IMG/VR virus record: IMGVR_UViG_3300029305_009617
Length of the DNA stretch: 64,000 nt
From: an uncultured virus (IMG/VR IMGVR_UViG_3300029305_009617)
Taxonomy: Duplodnaviria; Heunggongvirae; Uroviricota; Caudoviricetes
Strand: one strand, 5' to 3'
Shown: positions 8,033-18,744 of the stretch, one piece after another
Numbering within the stretch: the first letter of the stretch is position 1
How the letters are laid out: every line of letters begins with the position of its first letter
Notes under the pieces: model-generated
Database searches by the model: none
Seen by the model: only the letters and a program-made list of their open reading frames with translations
Told to the model about the DNA's origin: nothing
Position numbers and translations under genes: made by a program

Positions 8033-10573
8033 ATGAAGGTATCAAAATTTTATGATTCTGCATGTAAAGATAAGGCGTTTTTTTGTACGCTTGACTCAAA
8101 CAAACAGAACAAGGAATTAAAAAAATCTCTCAATGCATTTCTAACTGCTATGCAGAAAGGAATTCGCAAAGAGGATGCTCTAAAAGAAGTGCGTATCCAA
8201 TTAGAAAGCAGTCTTTTAGATAGTTATTTTGCCTATTCCTGGCAGAAAAAAACAGTTATAGAGGATTTTGTTGCTCGAATTGAACGTTTTTTAAGCTATA
8301 TAGGCGAGGTGAAAATTTTAGCTACCAATGTGGTAGTAACACTTCCTTTTAAAAATGATTGCCTCACACACAGTGTTGATGTAATTGTTAGTAAAGGGAA
8401 AGATGTTTTTGGAATTAATATATTTGTGTCAAAAACCAAAAGAAGTTTCAAAGGTAAAAAATATCATTCAAATTTAAAAAATGATTTATATGCTTTACTT
8501 TCAAAACTGGTCTTAGAAAAAGAATATCCAGGTATACTGATCCAGAATATCTATCTCGAATCCAGTGAAGACAGTTTAGGTAATATACATCCTGTTATGA
8601 TAGAAGATGGCTCTTTAAAATCAAATGTATTTACATTTTACTTTAAAGACTATTATCGTAATGGAATGTTTTCTTATGAGCTTCTTACAAAAAAGATTGT
8701 AGAGGCTGTTAAAACACCTTTGGAAACTAACTGTTATGGCTGCCAATATGAAAGGCTTTGTCATATGCAGCCTATTAGCGAAATAGTCAAAGAATCTGTA
8801 CAACAAGAGAACACCTACCACATACCACAGTTTACAGAATCGCAAAAATTTGTGACTGAATGGGTAGATGGCCCATTGCGTGTATGTGCAGGTCCAGGTA
8901 GCGGTAAGACTGCAACTCTGGTAGGACGTATCAGAAATTTAATACTTTCCGGTATTGACCCTGAATTTATCGTTGCAATAACCTTTACCGAAAAAGCTGC
9001 AGATGAATTGCAAACCAGAGTTAGCAGTTTATGTGTAGAATCACCTGTTATTTCCACCATTCATGCACTCGCTTACCGTATTTTAAAGCAGAATGCCAGT
9101 CTGGTCGACGGTTGTAAATTACTTACCAAAAAAGATAAGCTTGAGCTTATCAATAATCTGGTAGAAGTATTTCCTCCATTAACCGGTTTTTCTATGAAAG
9201 TGCTCGATGGTCCGAATGGATTATTAGAAACGCTTTCAAGAAAATTAGACAAATTTTTATCTGGCTATATTTCAGAACCTGAAGTATTCTTAAATGAACA
9301 TCCGGAACTGAGATATGATTTTATCGAGTTTGCATATACATTTAATGACATCTGCAAACAGAAAGGATATATTTCTTTTGATGAAATGATTTCAAAATGT
9401 ATTACTCTTTTTGAAACCTATCCAGAAGTCTTGCAAGATTATACCAATATGTATAAATACATCATGGTTGACGAATATCAGGATGTAAACGCAGACCAAG
9501 CTAAATTTGTCAATTTAATTGCTTCTCATGGCAATTTAGTTGTTGTAGGTGATGATGACCAGTCCATTTATGCCTTTCGCGGTGGAAACAGCAGATATAT
9601 GCTTAATTTCAAGCAGATGTTCCCTGCTGCAAAAACGGTTGTTTTTAAAGAAAACTTCCGTTCCTCTAAGGCTATTTTAAATGCTTCACAAAAGCTGATT
9701 AAGGCAAATGAGGAACGTATACCAAAGGATATCATTACTACAAATAATGACGGTACGGCGCCGGCTTTCCTGTCCTCAAAAAATCCAGATGAAATAGACA
9801 GGATAATAACTGAACTACTAAAAAAAGGCTACATGCCAAAAGATATTGCCATATTGGCAAGTAAGAATAATACTCTTGAAACTTTACATGAGTCTCTTAC
9901 TTGTCAAACAGTCCTTGAAAAGCAGCTATTATTACAGGACCCACTTTTTGGGACTGTAAGTGATACTTTATCGCTGTTTTACTCAAATATGGAAGATGCT
10001 TTTTCTCTGTATCATCTGCTTCGATTATTTGGTGCAGATATACGTGTTGAAAATCTTGTTGCTTTTATTAGGACAAGCTATCCGGACGTTTTTACCGGAG
10101 ATTACACGTTAGAGAATACTAAGGACAATATCTATAGTGCATTGCGTTTTTTACATCATGCGTTCTATTTATTAGAAGGAGTTTGTACTCCTTCCTTTTT
10201 TGTGCAATCTGTTTCTTATGCACTTGAATGTGAAGAAGCAAATTCCTGTATTTTAATGCAGGAACTGATTGCAGACAATCAGCTGCAAAGTATAGAAAAG
10301 TTTCATTCTCACCTTACTTACATGAAGCGCTTTTTAGATGATACACGTGTTGACGTTTCGAATGTTAATGCTATTCACTTAATTACGAATCATGATAGTA
10401 AAGGCCGAGAATTCCCTGCTGTTATCTTAATTGATGACTTTAAAGAGGAAACTACTGATGAAATACGTCGTCTTGCTTATGTAGCTATCACAAGAGCAAA
10501 ACAATGTTTATACATAGCAACTGATAATACTATTTCGCCAATCATGGCAGAATTAAAAGGAGGTGTTGCTTAA
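8033..10573 (+). CDS. UvrD/PcrA-family SF1 helicase with an N-terminal Cys-cluster, nuclease-like domain
   Basis: AGPGSGKT, TFT, VDEYQD, VGDDDQSIYAFRG, ENFRS, KGREF, YVAITRAK; N-terminal C...CYGCQYERLC. Confidence 0.9.
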   Translation: MKVSKFYDSACKDKAFFCTLDSNKQNKELKKSLNAFLTAMQKGIRKEDALKEVRIQLESSLLDSYFAYSWQKKTVIEDFVARIERFLSYIGEVKILATNVVVTLPFKNDCLTHSVDVIVSKGKDVFGINIFVSKTKRSFKGKKYHSNLKNDLYALLSKLVLEKEYPGILIQNIYLESSEDSLGNIHPVMIEDGSLKSNVFTFYFKDYYRNGMFSYELLTKKIVEAVKTPLETNCYGCQYERLCHMQPISEIVKESVQQENTYHIPQFTESQKFVTEWVDGPLRVCAGPGSGKTATLVGRIRNLILSGIDPEFIVAITFTEKAADELQTRVSSLCVESPVISTIHALAYRILKQNASLVDGCKLLTKKDKLELINNLVEVFPPLTGFSMKVLDGPNGLLETLSRKLDKFLSGYISEPEVFLNEHPELRYDFIEFAYTFNDICKQKGYISFDEMISKCITLFETYPEVLQDYTNMYKYIMVDEYQDVNADQAKFVNLIASHGNLVVVGDDDQSIYAFRGGNSRYMLNFKQMFPAAKTVVFKENFRSSKAILNASQKLIKANEERIPKDIITTNNDGTAPAFLSSKNPDEIDRIITELLKKGYMPKDIAILASKNNTLETLHESLTCQTVLEKQLLLQDPLFGTVSDTLSLFYSNMEDAFSLYHLLRLFGADIRVENLVAFIRTSYPDVFTGDYTLENTKDNIYSALRFLHHAFYLLEGVCTPSFFVQSVSYALECEEANSCILMQELIADNQLQSIEKFHSHLTYMKRFLDDTRVDVSNVNAIHLITNHDSKGREFPAVILIDDFKEETTDEIRRLAYVAITRAKQCLYIATDNTISPIMAELKGGVA

Positions 10574-11463
10574 TGGTTAAAATTCTTTATGGAAACGAAC
10601 CATGGCTTATATCCAAAGAAAAGGAAACAATAGTTTCTGCTTTGTCTATGCCGGAAATGAATTTCAATTCCTTTCAAATGTGGGGAAATGAGGTTATAGA
10701 AAGTCTGAATACTCTTCCTTTCATTGATGAAAGAAGGGTAGTGGTTCTTGACTTGGACAAACCTTCTAGTCTTGATTGTAAATCCTTTAAGGCTTACTTG
10801 GAACATCCGTCAAACACTGCAGATTTAGTAATTATACTTCGTGAAGCAGATTTTCGTACCAAATTTTGTGCGGATTTAAAAAAGTCCGGACTGGTTAATA
10901 TCTGTGATAAATTTAAAGACGAATTTTCTTTAGTAAAAGAGATAGGTTACTATCTTAATACTCAAAAAGCTACTATGACAAAGGAAGCACTTAGTGCTTT
11001 CCTTCATAGAGAAAATTACTTTGAGCTTTCGGAAATTACATTTTTTAATCTTGCGAATGATTTGGATACTTTAATTAGTATTAACAAATCCATAAGCAGG
11101 GAAATGGTAGAACAATACATTCCGGATAATACGACAGTAAATGATTTTGCTCTGGCAAAGCTTATTGTTTCCAAAGATGCAACAGTCGTACGAAATCACA
11201 TTAATATGGTGTCTGATTCTGATACTATGCGTATACTTGCATTATTGTTAAGAGAATACCGTATCACTTATAAGGCTCTCTATTTTAAAGAGCCTGAAAT
11301 AGGCGTGAAGTTTGTATCTCTTAAAAACAAATTAAGCAAATCGTATTTAATATCGGCCATTGAAATCTGTACAACAGCAATGGATGATATCAAAGCCGGC
11401 AGACTTGGTAGCGACTATGCTTTAAAAGTTATTACTGGAAAGTTAATGGCTTTAGAAAAATGA
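10573..11463 (+). CDS. holA: DNA polymerase III delta subunit-like protein
   Basis: ILYGNEPWLI, LNTLPFIDERRVVV, C-terminal DDIKAGR; typical length. Confidence 0.75.
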   Translation: MVKILYGNEPWLISKEKETIVSALSMPEMNFNSFQMWGNEVIESLNTLPFIDERRVVVLDLDKPSSLDCKSFKAYLEHPSNTADLVIILREADFRTKFCADLKKSGLVNICDKFKDEFSLVKEIGYYLNTQKATMTKEALSAFLHRENYFELSEITFFNLANDLDTLISINKSISREMVEQYIPDNTTVNDFALAKLIVSKDATVVRNHINMVSDSDTMRILALLLREYRITYKALYFKEPEIGVKFVSLKNKLSKSYLISAIEICTTAMDDIKAGRLGSDYALKVITGKLMALEK

Positions 11464-11575
11464 TTATGTAACTAGTTACCTGTTACTATATCGAAATGTT
11501 AGTTATTCTCTTAATGAGTGACAACGAACAAATCATTTTTAGGTGGTCTGTTATTGACTACTTCATAATGAAACT

Positions 11576-11632
11576 ATCCTGATGTGGGATTGGCTGCTAT
11601 AAGCAGACGGACTAATCCCACGTTATAGGGAT
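11576..11632 (+). ncRNA. Structured cis-element family 2, copy A
   Basis: GATGTGGGATTGG/CTAATCCCACGTT stem enclosing a CTGC-N5-GCAG hairpin; 4 copies with compensatory changes. Confidence 0.6.
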
Positions 11633-11659
11633 ATTTTTATCTTTATGGAGGACTTTTAT

Positions 11660-12328
11660 ATGTATTTAAGCGGAGATTTATACATTGCCGATAAAGGCAA
11701 ACATTTTGTATTAACAGAAAAAGGAAAGGTTGAATGCGCCAGTTATGCAGATAAAACAGTAGGCGAATCTGTTGATGAATATGACACAGAAGCTTTTGCC
11801 AACAAGATTGAAAAAGGCTATGTTAAAGAAGTTGATATTCCTGACTGGGTTGTAAAAGAAGGTTTTGAAGTAGTCTATGACTATAAGAACAATACTATTC
11901 ATGCTGGTAATGCTGTAGTTTTTCCGGAAAGAGAAATTGCAGAAAAATATATGAAAAATTACCAGTCTAACCCTTGGGTACATGAGAAATTGTATATTCG
12001 TGATGCTGTTTATGAAGGTAGAGCTTTAAAAGACTGCCGAGAACATGATGGTATTAAAGTGTACAATAACGATTGGTATTATGGTACGTTGGCTTTGGAT
12101 ATTGGTGATCTGGTTGAAGAAGATATTATTGATGACCTTCGTGACCTGTTGCCACCTGCATGCATGCGCAGTGATTGTTTCCAGATAGGGGGGCCTGCTA
12201 ATCATAAGGAGGATGCCCATGGAAACCTCCGAGCAACTTATGCAACATTTAAAAAAATCGCACAGAATACCTGGCAATACTGTGGCGAATGCTTTCGTGG
12301 TGAAAACTCAGCTAATTACAAACAATGA
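11660..12328 (+). CDS. Hypothetical protein of mobile-element type
   Basis: ORF; ATG 11660 follows GGAGG. Confidence 0.7.
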   Translation: MYLSGDLYIADKGKHFVLTEKGKVECASYADKTVGESVDEYDTEAFANKIEKGYVKEVDIPDWVVKEGFEVVYDYKNNTIHAGNAVVFPEREIAEKYMKNYQSNPWVHEKLYIRDAVYEGRALKDCREHDGIKVYNNDWYYGTLALDIGDLVEEDIIDDLRDLLPPACMRSDCFQIGGPANHKEDAHGNLRATYATFKKIAQNTWQYCGECFRGENSANYKQ

Positions 12329-12435
12329 TTTCAGGATTTAGAAAGGAGCAGATAGAGAAGTATATCCATTTGGGTGAGAAAAAGGCTTCTTAGTATGTTC
12401 AGTTATCATTGTTTGTTTTATAGGAGGAATAATTT

Positions 12436-12612
12436 ATGTATATTAGTGTGTCAGTACAATTACCGCCGGAGGGTGTGCTTGTGGAAACTAAGATTGAGGA
12501 TAGACGCGGTACCCGGTGTGAAAGAAAGTTATCTCGAGAAGGGAACCTTTGGTTTGTAGAAGATGGTAGTGCGTATGTTTACAATCTGCCTACTCATTGG
12601 AAATTATTGTAA
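12436..12612 (+). CDS. Small phage-type protein (DUF551-like), 58 aa, not in the ORF track
   Basis: AGGAGG RBS; MYISVSVQLP...PTHW. Confidence 0.6.
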   Translation: MYISVSVQLPPEGVLVETKIEDRRGTRCERKLSREGNLWFVEDGSAYVYNLPTHWKLL

Positions 12613-12725
12613 TCAAAGGAAGTTTAACATGCTATATGTTTGGACTACCAGAAACTTTGTAAATTAGGTAGTGACTGTAAAGGCTCTTAAAGGTGCCTTT
12701 ATTCTATTAAAAGGAGGTTTATAAG

Positions 12726-13928
12726 ATGGCTAGAACATTTATGAAAGGTGATGCATTTACTTCTACTTGTATTTTTACTGGTGGAAAGCAATTTTACAAG
12801 GTTGTACAGAGAAAAGAGGATGTCCTTATATGTGACCATTCTGCAAATGAAGCTGATGGCATACATGAAAATCAGGAAACCTTTGAAATTCATAAGGATG
12901 GAGAAAGGGAGTATGTGGTTTTATGGGAGTACAAAGGGACATCCGCGCGGCTTTATGCTGATGATGTTAATGCAACCCTGGAAGAAAAGTATTGTCTGTC
13001 ACCGGAGGATGGCAAAATGGAATATAAGATTGTAAAGAGAATGATTGAAGGTGAAGAATTTTACTGTATGGATATTACGGAAGAATTTGTTAAACGCTTC
13101 GGGAAGTGTTTTGCACCTATTGCAAATGTAGGAATAATACTGGGTAAGGTGTTTGATGCGGAAAACGATGCGGAAATGTTGGAAATGTTGTATAAAGGAA
13201 TATTTTCAATACCGGATTATGCAAGTATTTCGGATGATTACAATGAACGCATAGTTACCTATGGTGAGGATGCTTTGTTAAGTGGAATAGGTATTAATGT
13301 CTTATTTAAGAACGATGAAATGCTGTGTATATCCTCTGAAATGATGATAGCGAGTAGTTTGTCTGAAAAAGAGAGTGATATGATTACACATAAAACCATT
13401 CAACAAGCAAATTCAGAAGAGCCAGAGGTTAGAAAGGTAGCTTTTACCTATGGTATGTCTGGTGACCATATGCTGATTCTTACGGATGCACCTAAGAGTG
13501 CGATTGAAGATTGGATTTGGGAGTATCTGAAAGGACTGGAAGATAACAAAAATGTCTATTTTAAGCCATTGCAGAAGTATTACTATGTAAAGGTTATTGC
13601 AGACAGTGAAGTGAACGACTTGTCTTGGGAGGACATAGAAGTTATTGGCTTTGATGAGTCTTATGACCTGGGTGATTACTCAGTAGATGAGAATTGCAAA
13701 GGCGGTGGAATGATGTCTGATAGAGAATTAGCGGTTATCTTATACAATGTGCAACTTGACATGGACTATGGGGATGCGAAATCATACGGAAAGCAGACAG
13801 TTGATATGCTGGAAGAAGAAGTTGCTGTTTTAAGAGAGAAAGATTCTTCTCTCTATCACGTACTGGAAAACATCGCCATGCAAAATTCTAAAGTTGCCAT
13901 CTTGATTGATGGAACGGAAGAGGATTAA
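12726..13928 (+). CDS. Acidic multi-domain hypothetical protein
   Basis: 400 aa ORF with AGGAGG RBS. Confidence 0.7.
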   Translation: MARTFMKGDAFTSTCIFTGGKQFYKVVQRKEDVLICDHSANEADGIHENQETFEIHKDGEREYVVLWEYKGTSARLYADDVNATLEEKYCLSPEDGKMEYKIVKRMIEGEEFYCMDITEEFVKRFGKCFAPIANVGIILGKVFDAENDAEMLEMLYKGIFSIPDYASISDDYNERIVTYGEDALLSGIGINVLFKNDEMLCISSEMMIASSLSEKESDMITHKTIQQANSEEPEVRKVAFTYGMSGDHMLILTDAPKSAIEDWIWEYLKGLEDNKNVYFKPLQKYYYVKVIADSEVNDLSWEDIEVIGFDESYDLGDYSVDENCKGGGMMSDRELAVILYNVQLDMDYGDAKSYGKQTVDMLEEEVAVLREKDSSLYHVLENIAMQNSKVAILIDGTEED

Positions 13929-13944
13929 CAAAGGAGGTGCTATA

Positions 13945-14082
13945 ATGGCAGAAGTTATGAGAACATATACTGAGGAAGAAGAAGCTTTTATTAATGGCGT
14001 GGAATTTGCCATGGATTACAGATTTCCAATCGAGGAAGCGGATATGAGCCGATTCCGTGAATTAACAGAATGTAACTTATAA
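13945..14082 (+). CDS. Small acidic protein, 45 aa
   Basis: AAGGAGG RBS; open frame MAEVMRTYTEEEE. Confidence 0.55.
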   Translation: MAEVMRTYTEEEEAFINGVEFAMDYRFPIEEADMSRFRELTECNL

Positions 14083-14171
14083 CATGTAAAAAAGAGAAGA
14101 TAGCTTTTTACAAATGAGATTGTTTTGCGAGGAATTTTCCCACAAAACTGAACATTAGTGGAGGAAAAAGT

Positions 14172-14408
14172 ATGATTAAATGTAAAAAGACAGTTTGCTA
14201 TGAACTGTCAAAATACCCAGAAAAATGTAAGGAATGTCCTGCTTTTTCTACATCTCCTTATGCTTGCCAAAACGAGAGAGGTGAGGTGGCTCATTGCGAA
14301 TTAGGTTATATGGCAGGACAGGATATGCGAGACTTTTCGGGATATAAAAAATATTCAAGGTGCCGAATTGAGCAAGATAAAAGAGTCATAATTAACGAAT
14401 TACTGTAA
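14172..14408 (+). CDS. Small Cys-rich phage-type protein
   Basis: PEKCKECP motif; GGAGG RBS. Confidence 0.65.
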   Translation: MIKCKKTVCYELSKYPEKCKECPAFSTSPYACQNERGEVAHCELGYMAGQDMRDFSGYKKYSRCRIEQDKRVIINELL

Positions 14409-14445
14409 AACGTAGATCAGCCTAATAATTACATAATGACAAACA

Positions 14446-14515
14446 ATCCTTGCGGGGGATTGGCTGTTTATAGCAGATTGCTATTGCGGACGTATTAATC
14501 CCTCGTTATAGGGAT
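14446..14515 (+). ncRNA. Structured cis-element family 2, copy B (with an extra inserted hairpin)
   Basis: GCGGGGGATTGG/TTAATCCCTCGT stem; ends GTTATAGGGAT; RBS follows. Confidence 0.6.
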
Positions 14516-14540
14516 ATTTAAAAAGGAGGTACCAATTATT

Positions 14541-14786
14541 ATGGTTAGAAAAATTAATTGGAACTTATTAATTAGTTCCATGATTAATTTCATTGTCTTT
14601 GGAGTGATGTTTAAATTTTTCCAGAACAATATTGTTACAATCGATTTTGCAATTTCCGTAGTAATCGGAATGATAATTTTAAAATTAAGTCTGGCATTTT
14701 TGCTAGACTTTTTTTATGGTGACGGGTATGTACAAGATGAAGTCATGTCTCATTTTGTAGAGATGCTTATGATGCTTGTCCTATAG
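14541..14786 (+). CDS. Small membrane protein
   Basis: Hydrophobic segments; RBS. Confidence 0.6.
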   Translation: MVRKINWNLLISSMINFIVFGVMFKFFQNNIVTIDFAISVVIGMIILKLSLAFLLDFFYGDGYVQDEVMSHFVEMLMMLVL

Positions 14787-14807
14787 TATGAAAAGGAGGT
14801 AAATTTC

Positions 14808-15560
14808 ATGAAACAGTTAGTGGATTTTTTTAAGAAACCTGATGAATCGACATATAGAGGAGTTATCTATCAACCACCTGTAGAAAGAATGAATAAAAAG
14901 GATATAACCTTTTTTGATGCCTTATTTATGGGGATTCCAGTAGAAGTTAATAATGGCCTAAAAATTATAGATAACACTATCTGGGAAAAGGTTGTATCTG
15001 TATTTTCCCATAAAGAAATACATGATTTAACCTTTAAAAAGATACTCTTTACTAATGTAATATTTGAAGGGATTTCTTTTACAGGGTGCATTTTTGAAAA
15101 CTGTCAAATTCAAGCCGACTGGATTGATGGACAATTTGATAACTGTACCTTTAAAAGCTGCAGCTTTGCTAATTTTGGCATTCGAATGTGGCGCGCTAAT
15201 AAATCACAATTTAAGGATTGTTCCTTTGAAGAATCTACTGTTGAATGTGACATGAAAGATGTATATTTTGAGAAGTGCTGTTTCCATAAAGCAACTATCT
15301 ATACATCTATGATTAGAGATTCCTCTTTTAATGACTGCGATTTTTCGTTTTCCTATTTAAGAAAGAATCTCTTTCATAAATCTAAATTGACAGCTCCTAA
15401 TTTTTTAGGAGCCACCATCAATGGAACTCGTTTTGCTTCATCGGAAATTACCGATGCTAATTACGAGAATATTTACATTACCATGGGTGGTGCAACACAT
15501 GATGAAATTGCTCATCTTAAACATCAGATTCTTAAAGCATTTACCCCAGCTTTAAATTGA
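14808..15560 (+). CDS. Pentapeptide-repeat protein
   Basis: Repeated F(E/D/K)xCxF pentapeptides. Confidence 0.85.
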   Translation: MKQLVDFFKKPDESTYRGVIYQPPVERMNKKDITFFDALFMGIPVEVNNGLKIIDNTIWEKVVSVFSHKEIHDLTFKKILFTNVIFEGISFTGCIFENCQIQADWIDGQFDNCTFKSCSFANFGIRMWRANKSQFKDCSFEESTVECDMKDVYFEKCCFHKATIYTSMIRDSSFNDCDFSFSYLRKNLFHKSKLTAPNFLGATINGTRFASSEITDANYENIYITMGGATHDEIAHLKHQILKAFTPALN

Positions 15561-15569
15561 TGGTTACAT

Positions 15570-15611
15570 TACGGGTGATCTTGGCTTACGCTAAGACCAC
15601 CCGTATTTTTT
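15570..15611 (+). terminator. Intrinsic terminator
   Basis: TACGGGTG..CTTGGC/GCTAAG..CACCCGTA plus T tract, between convergent genes. Confidence 0.75.
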
Positions 15612-15629
15612 ATTTTTAGCATCATCAAA

Positions 15630-16094
15630 TTAAATGGTGTAATACCATATTGAGAGCACATTATCATCCCAGTCATCACGTTCTCTTAAATTTTTTAATA
15701 TTCTATAAAATGTTGCTCTTGGACAATTCAAGTATTTAATAATATCTTTATGTTTCATAGTATCTATCATTGTCTTAAACTCAGCTACGCTACATTCTGT
15801 ATAATTCCCATGTTTATTTACATCAGCCTTTCTGCCTGCATTACGATTCGTTTTTTGAATAAAAGTATCAGAATTAATATTGATACATAGCATATCGCAG
15901 CTATAATTATCCATTTCTTTATGTTTTAACGACAGATTAATTCCCACTTCATTAAGTAATGAGTTTAAGCAGGCTAAATCGTAAATTTTATTTTCTGGTG
16001 GAGTCATATCTAATGGAAGTATAATATACGGAGCACATAGACGCGGATGGATTGGTTTATCTAACTTTAATTCGTTTACCTCTTCTTTATTCAT
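15630..16094 (-). CDS. Protein with a C-terminal helix-turn-helix
   Basis: RNAGRK then KDIIKYLNCPRATFYRIL. Confidence 0.6.
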   Translation of the reverse strand: MNKEEVNELKLDKPIHPRLCAPYIILPLDMTPPENKIYDLACLNSLLNEVGINLSLKHKEMDNYSCDMLCININSDTFIQKTNRNAGRKADVNKHGNYTECSVAEFKTMIDTMKHKDIIKYLNCPRATFYRILKNLRERDDWDDNVLSIWYYTI

Positions 16095-16296
16095 TACATA
16101 TCCTTTCAAATCGGTAGTATCATTATTAATTATGATACTACTTGTAATTATTGAAAACAAGCCTAATTATATAAACAGAACAACGCAACTGTAGGTTTAC
16201 AATTGTAGACTTCTTCTTTTCAGAATATATTGTTATTCGTCCATCTATGATATATAATGTTTTTAAAACAAAATCTATAATTTATAGGAGAAAAAA

Positions 16297-16728
16297 ATGG
16301 ATATAAGGGAACGTGTACTAGGTTATAAATTAATTGAATTATTTGAAGATTTTTTAGAAAGCGACTTAAATGATGGTTTTATAGATATGGCGGTTTCATT
16401 AAAACATGGGTTTGTTGTGTTAACAGGTTTTTCAAAAGAAGATTCTTTAATTGATGATGCGTGTGCTTTTAAAGAGAGCAACGGCTTATTTAAACAGTTA
16501 CTACATGAATATAAATTGGCATATTTAAATAAATGGCAAAAGGAAATGGGATGTGATGTTGACGATGAATCTTTAACAGAAATTCAGAAAAATGAATTAC
16601 AGATGAAATTGGATTACTACACCACTAAATGGAAGGATATCTACGAAGAAATCACTAAGAATAAATCCATTGAAGCAATCAATCAAGAATATCATGAACT
16701 GATTAATAAATATGCTCTGGTTAGGTAA
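16297..16728 (+). CDS. Hypothetical protein
   Basis: ORF with AGGAG RBS. Confidence 0.6.
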   Translation: MDIRERVLGYKLIELFEDFLESDLNDGFIDMAVSLKHGFVVLTGFSKEDSLIDDACAFKESNGLFKQLLHEYKLAYLNKWQKEMGCDVDDESLTEIQKNELQMKLDYYTTKWKDIYEEITKNKSIEAINQEYHELINKYALVR

Positions 16729-16767
16729 AAGACTATGGCTTATGAAATATCATAGGGAGCGGTTAGT

Positions 16768-17187
16768 ATGAATGTAATCATATGTATCGATGAAAAGAAT
16801 GGACTGATGTTTAATCGGCGAAGACAAAGCCGTGACAGAGCTGTAATAGAAAAAGTATTAGACATAGCCAAAAACCAAAAACTGTGGCTCAGGGAATTTA
16901 GCAGGGAGTTATTCAATGAAAAAATTATAAATCAGAATAACCATATTTTTATAGATAATGAAATGCTTAAAAAAGCAGCAACGGATGATTTTTGTTTTGT
17001 GGAAGATATCGACCTTTTTCCATATACAGAGCAGATACAGAAAATATATCTTTTTAAATGGAACCGGACATATCCACAGGACTTTAGTCTGAAACTTGAT
17101 GTTGAAACGTTGTTTAAACGTGTATATGCAGAAGATTTTACCGGAAAATCACATGAAATGATTACTCTGGAGGTATGGGGACGATGA
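16768..17187 (+). CDS. DHFR-fold-like protein
   Basis: N-terminal VIICIDEKNGLMFNRRRQSRD; IYLFKWNRTYPQD. Confidence 0.5.
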   Translation: MNVIICIDEKNGLMFNRRRQSRDRAVIEKVLDIAKNQKLWLREFSRELFNEKIINQNNHIFIDNEMLKKAATDDFCFVEDIDLFPYTEQIQKIYLFKWNRTYPQDFSLKLDVETLFKRVYAEDFTGKSHEMITLEVWGR

Positions 17188-18620
17188 GTAAAAAACAAAA
17201 GAAACCCGAAAATATAAAAAATATTCTTCTCTGGGTACTATCAGTATTTTGTATTCTGGCAGCATTTACTTACATGCCGTCATTTGCTTCGATACTATTT
17301 TTACTCACTGGAATCGGGAGCCTTCCTATTGATGCTACCAAAAGATTGTGGCAGAAAATTCCAGTAAAAGGAAAATGGGTAAAAATATTAGCAGTTACCG
17401 TCATGTTTTTTTCCGCCTGCAGTGCAGCGCCGGCAACGTCCACTCCGACACCAGAAACAGCAGTTGTTGTGGAAGCAGAAGAAAGTCAGAGTGAAAAATT
17501 AAGTACAGAAGTACAGGAAGACGTTTCTTCCAATGAAATTGTTTCTGGATCTTCAGAAGAAGAACCAACAGAATCGGTAACAGAAGCGCTCATTGCTACA
17601 AATGAAACAAAAGCAGAAAAGACTGAGATTGGAAATAATGAAACCGATACAGCTGCCAAAACGGAAACCACACAGAACAAAGCAGACGGACAAGCATTTC
17701 ATGCACCCGAAGGGTTTGATGTAAACAGTGTCCCGGCATATTCCGGAAAGGCATATTTCGCAGTAAATAATAACATCCCATTCTTTACAGATGATGAGAC
17801 GTTAGCCACTTCATATGAAAAGTATTCTTCGTTAGATGAAAAAGGACGCTGCGGTGTATGTGTGGCAAGCATTGGAACGGATATTATGCCTATGGAAGAA
17901 AGAGGTGAAATCGGTAATGTAAAACCCTCTGGATGGAATCAGGTAAAATATCCGGGTATTGTTGAAGGAAATTATTTGTACAACAGATGTCATTTAATCG
18001 GATATCAGCTTGCAGGGGAGAATGATAATGTACAGAACCTAATAACAGGTACCCGATGGATGAATACCGAAGGAATGCTCCCTTTTGAAAATATGGTCGC
18101 TGATTATGTAAAAGAAACCGAAAACCATGTTATGTATCGTGTTACACCGATTTTTAAAGGAAATGACCTGTTAGCAAGCGGAGTTCTCATGGAAGCAAAA
18201 TCGGTTGAGGATAACGGTAGTGGAATCTTATTCTGCGTATACTGCTACAATGTGCAGCCAGGCGTTACGATTGATTACAGTAACGGTGCAAGTTCATTAG
18301 CAGAACCAGCAGAAATAAAAACGGAAAGCAACACTACGAAATCTTCCGATACAAACACAGCTGTAGCATTAAATTCGACTTCTGATATATCCTCCCCTTC
18401 TCAAGCACCAGAACCCGAAGTGGCACCAACATCCGAAAATAATTTTGCTGTTAACACTAAGAATGGTAAAATCCATATGGTTGGAGCTTGCCCTGCAACA
18501 GGAACCGGTGAAAATGCCATGACAGAACCGGTTTATTTTGGAACATATGAAGAAGCGGAAGCATATTCAATACAAACTGCACCAAATCAGAAAAAACGTC
18601 AATGTGGTAATTGCTGGTAA
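17184..18620 (+). CDS. Membrane-anchored DNA/RNA non-specific (beta-beta-alpha-Me, EndA-like) endonuclease
   Basis: LDEKGRC, YNRCHLIG, NLITGTRWMN, YRVTP; N-terminal TM helices and a low-complexity linker. Confidence 0.9.
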   Translation: MSKKQKKPENIKNILLWVLSVFCILAAFTYMPSFASILFLLTGIGSLPIDATKRLWQKIPVKGKWVKILAVTVMFFSACSAAPATSTPTPETAVVVEAEESQSEKLSTEVQEDVSSNEIVSGSSEEEPTESVTEALIATNETKAEKTEIGNNETDTAAKTETTQNKADGQAFHAPEGFDVNSVPAYSGKAYFAVNNNIPFFTDDETLATSYEKYSSLDEKGRCGVCVASIGTDIMPMEERGEIGNVKPSGWNQVKYPGIVEGNYLYNRCHLIGYQLAGENDNVQNLITGTRWMNTEGMLPFENMVADYVKETENHVMYRVTPIFKGNDLLASGVLMEAKSVEDNGSGILFCVYCYNVQPGVTIDYSNGASSLAEPAEIKTESNTTKSSDTNTAVALNSTSDISSPSQAPEPEVAPTSENNFAVNTKNGKIHMVGACPATGTGENAMTEPVYFGTYEEAEAYSIQTAPNQKKRQCGNCW

Positions 18621-18634
18621 TAATTAACTCACAT

Positions 18635-18665
18635 AAGAAAAACGGGTTGTAGTCCCGTTTTTCTT
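18635..18665 (+). terminator. Intrinsic terminator
   Basis: AAGAAAAACGGG/CCCGTTTTTCTT inverted repeat. Confidence 0.65.
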
Positions 18666-18744
18666 CATACCATCTTTGTCAAAGTTATTACAATGAAGAT
18701 TGCTCTTATAGGTTGCATTGAGTTTGCAAATTTACGCATATATA

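Noticed and set aside
11576..11632. Family-2 motif as a pistol ribozyme (CCACGTTA similarity)
   Set aside because: No pseudoknot partner or downstream conserved pistol elements are visible.
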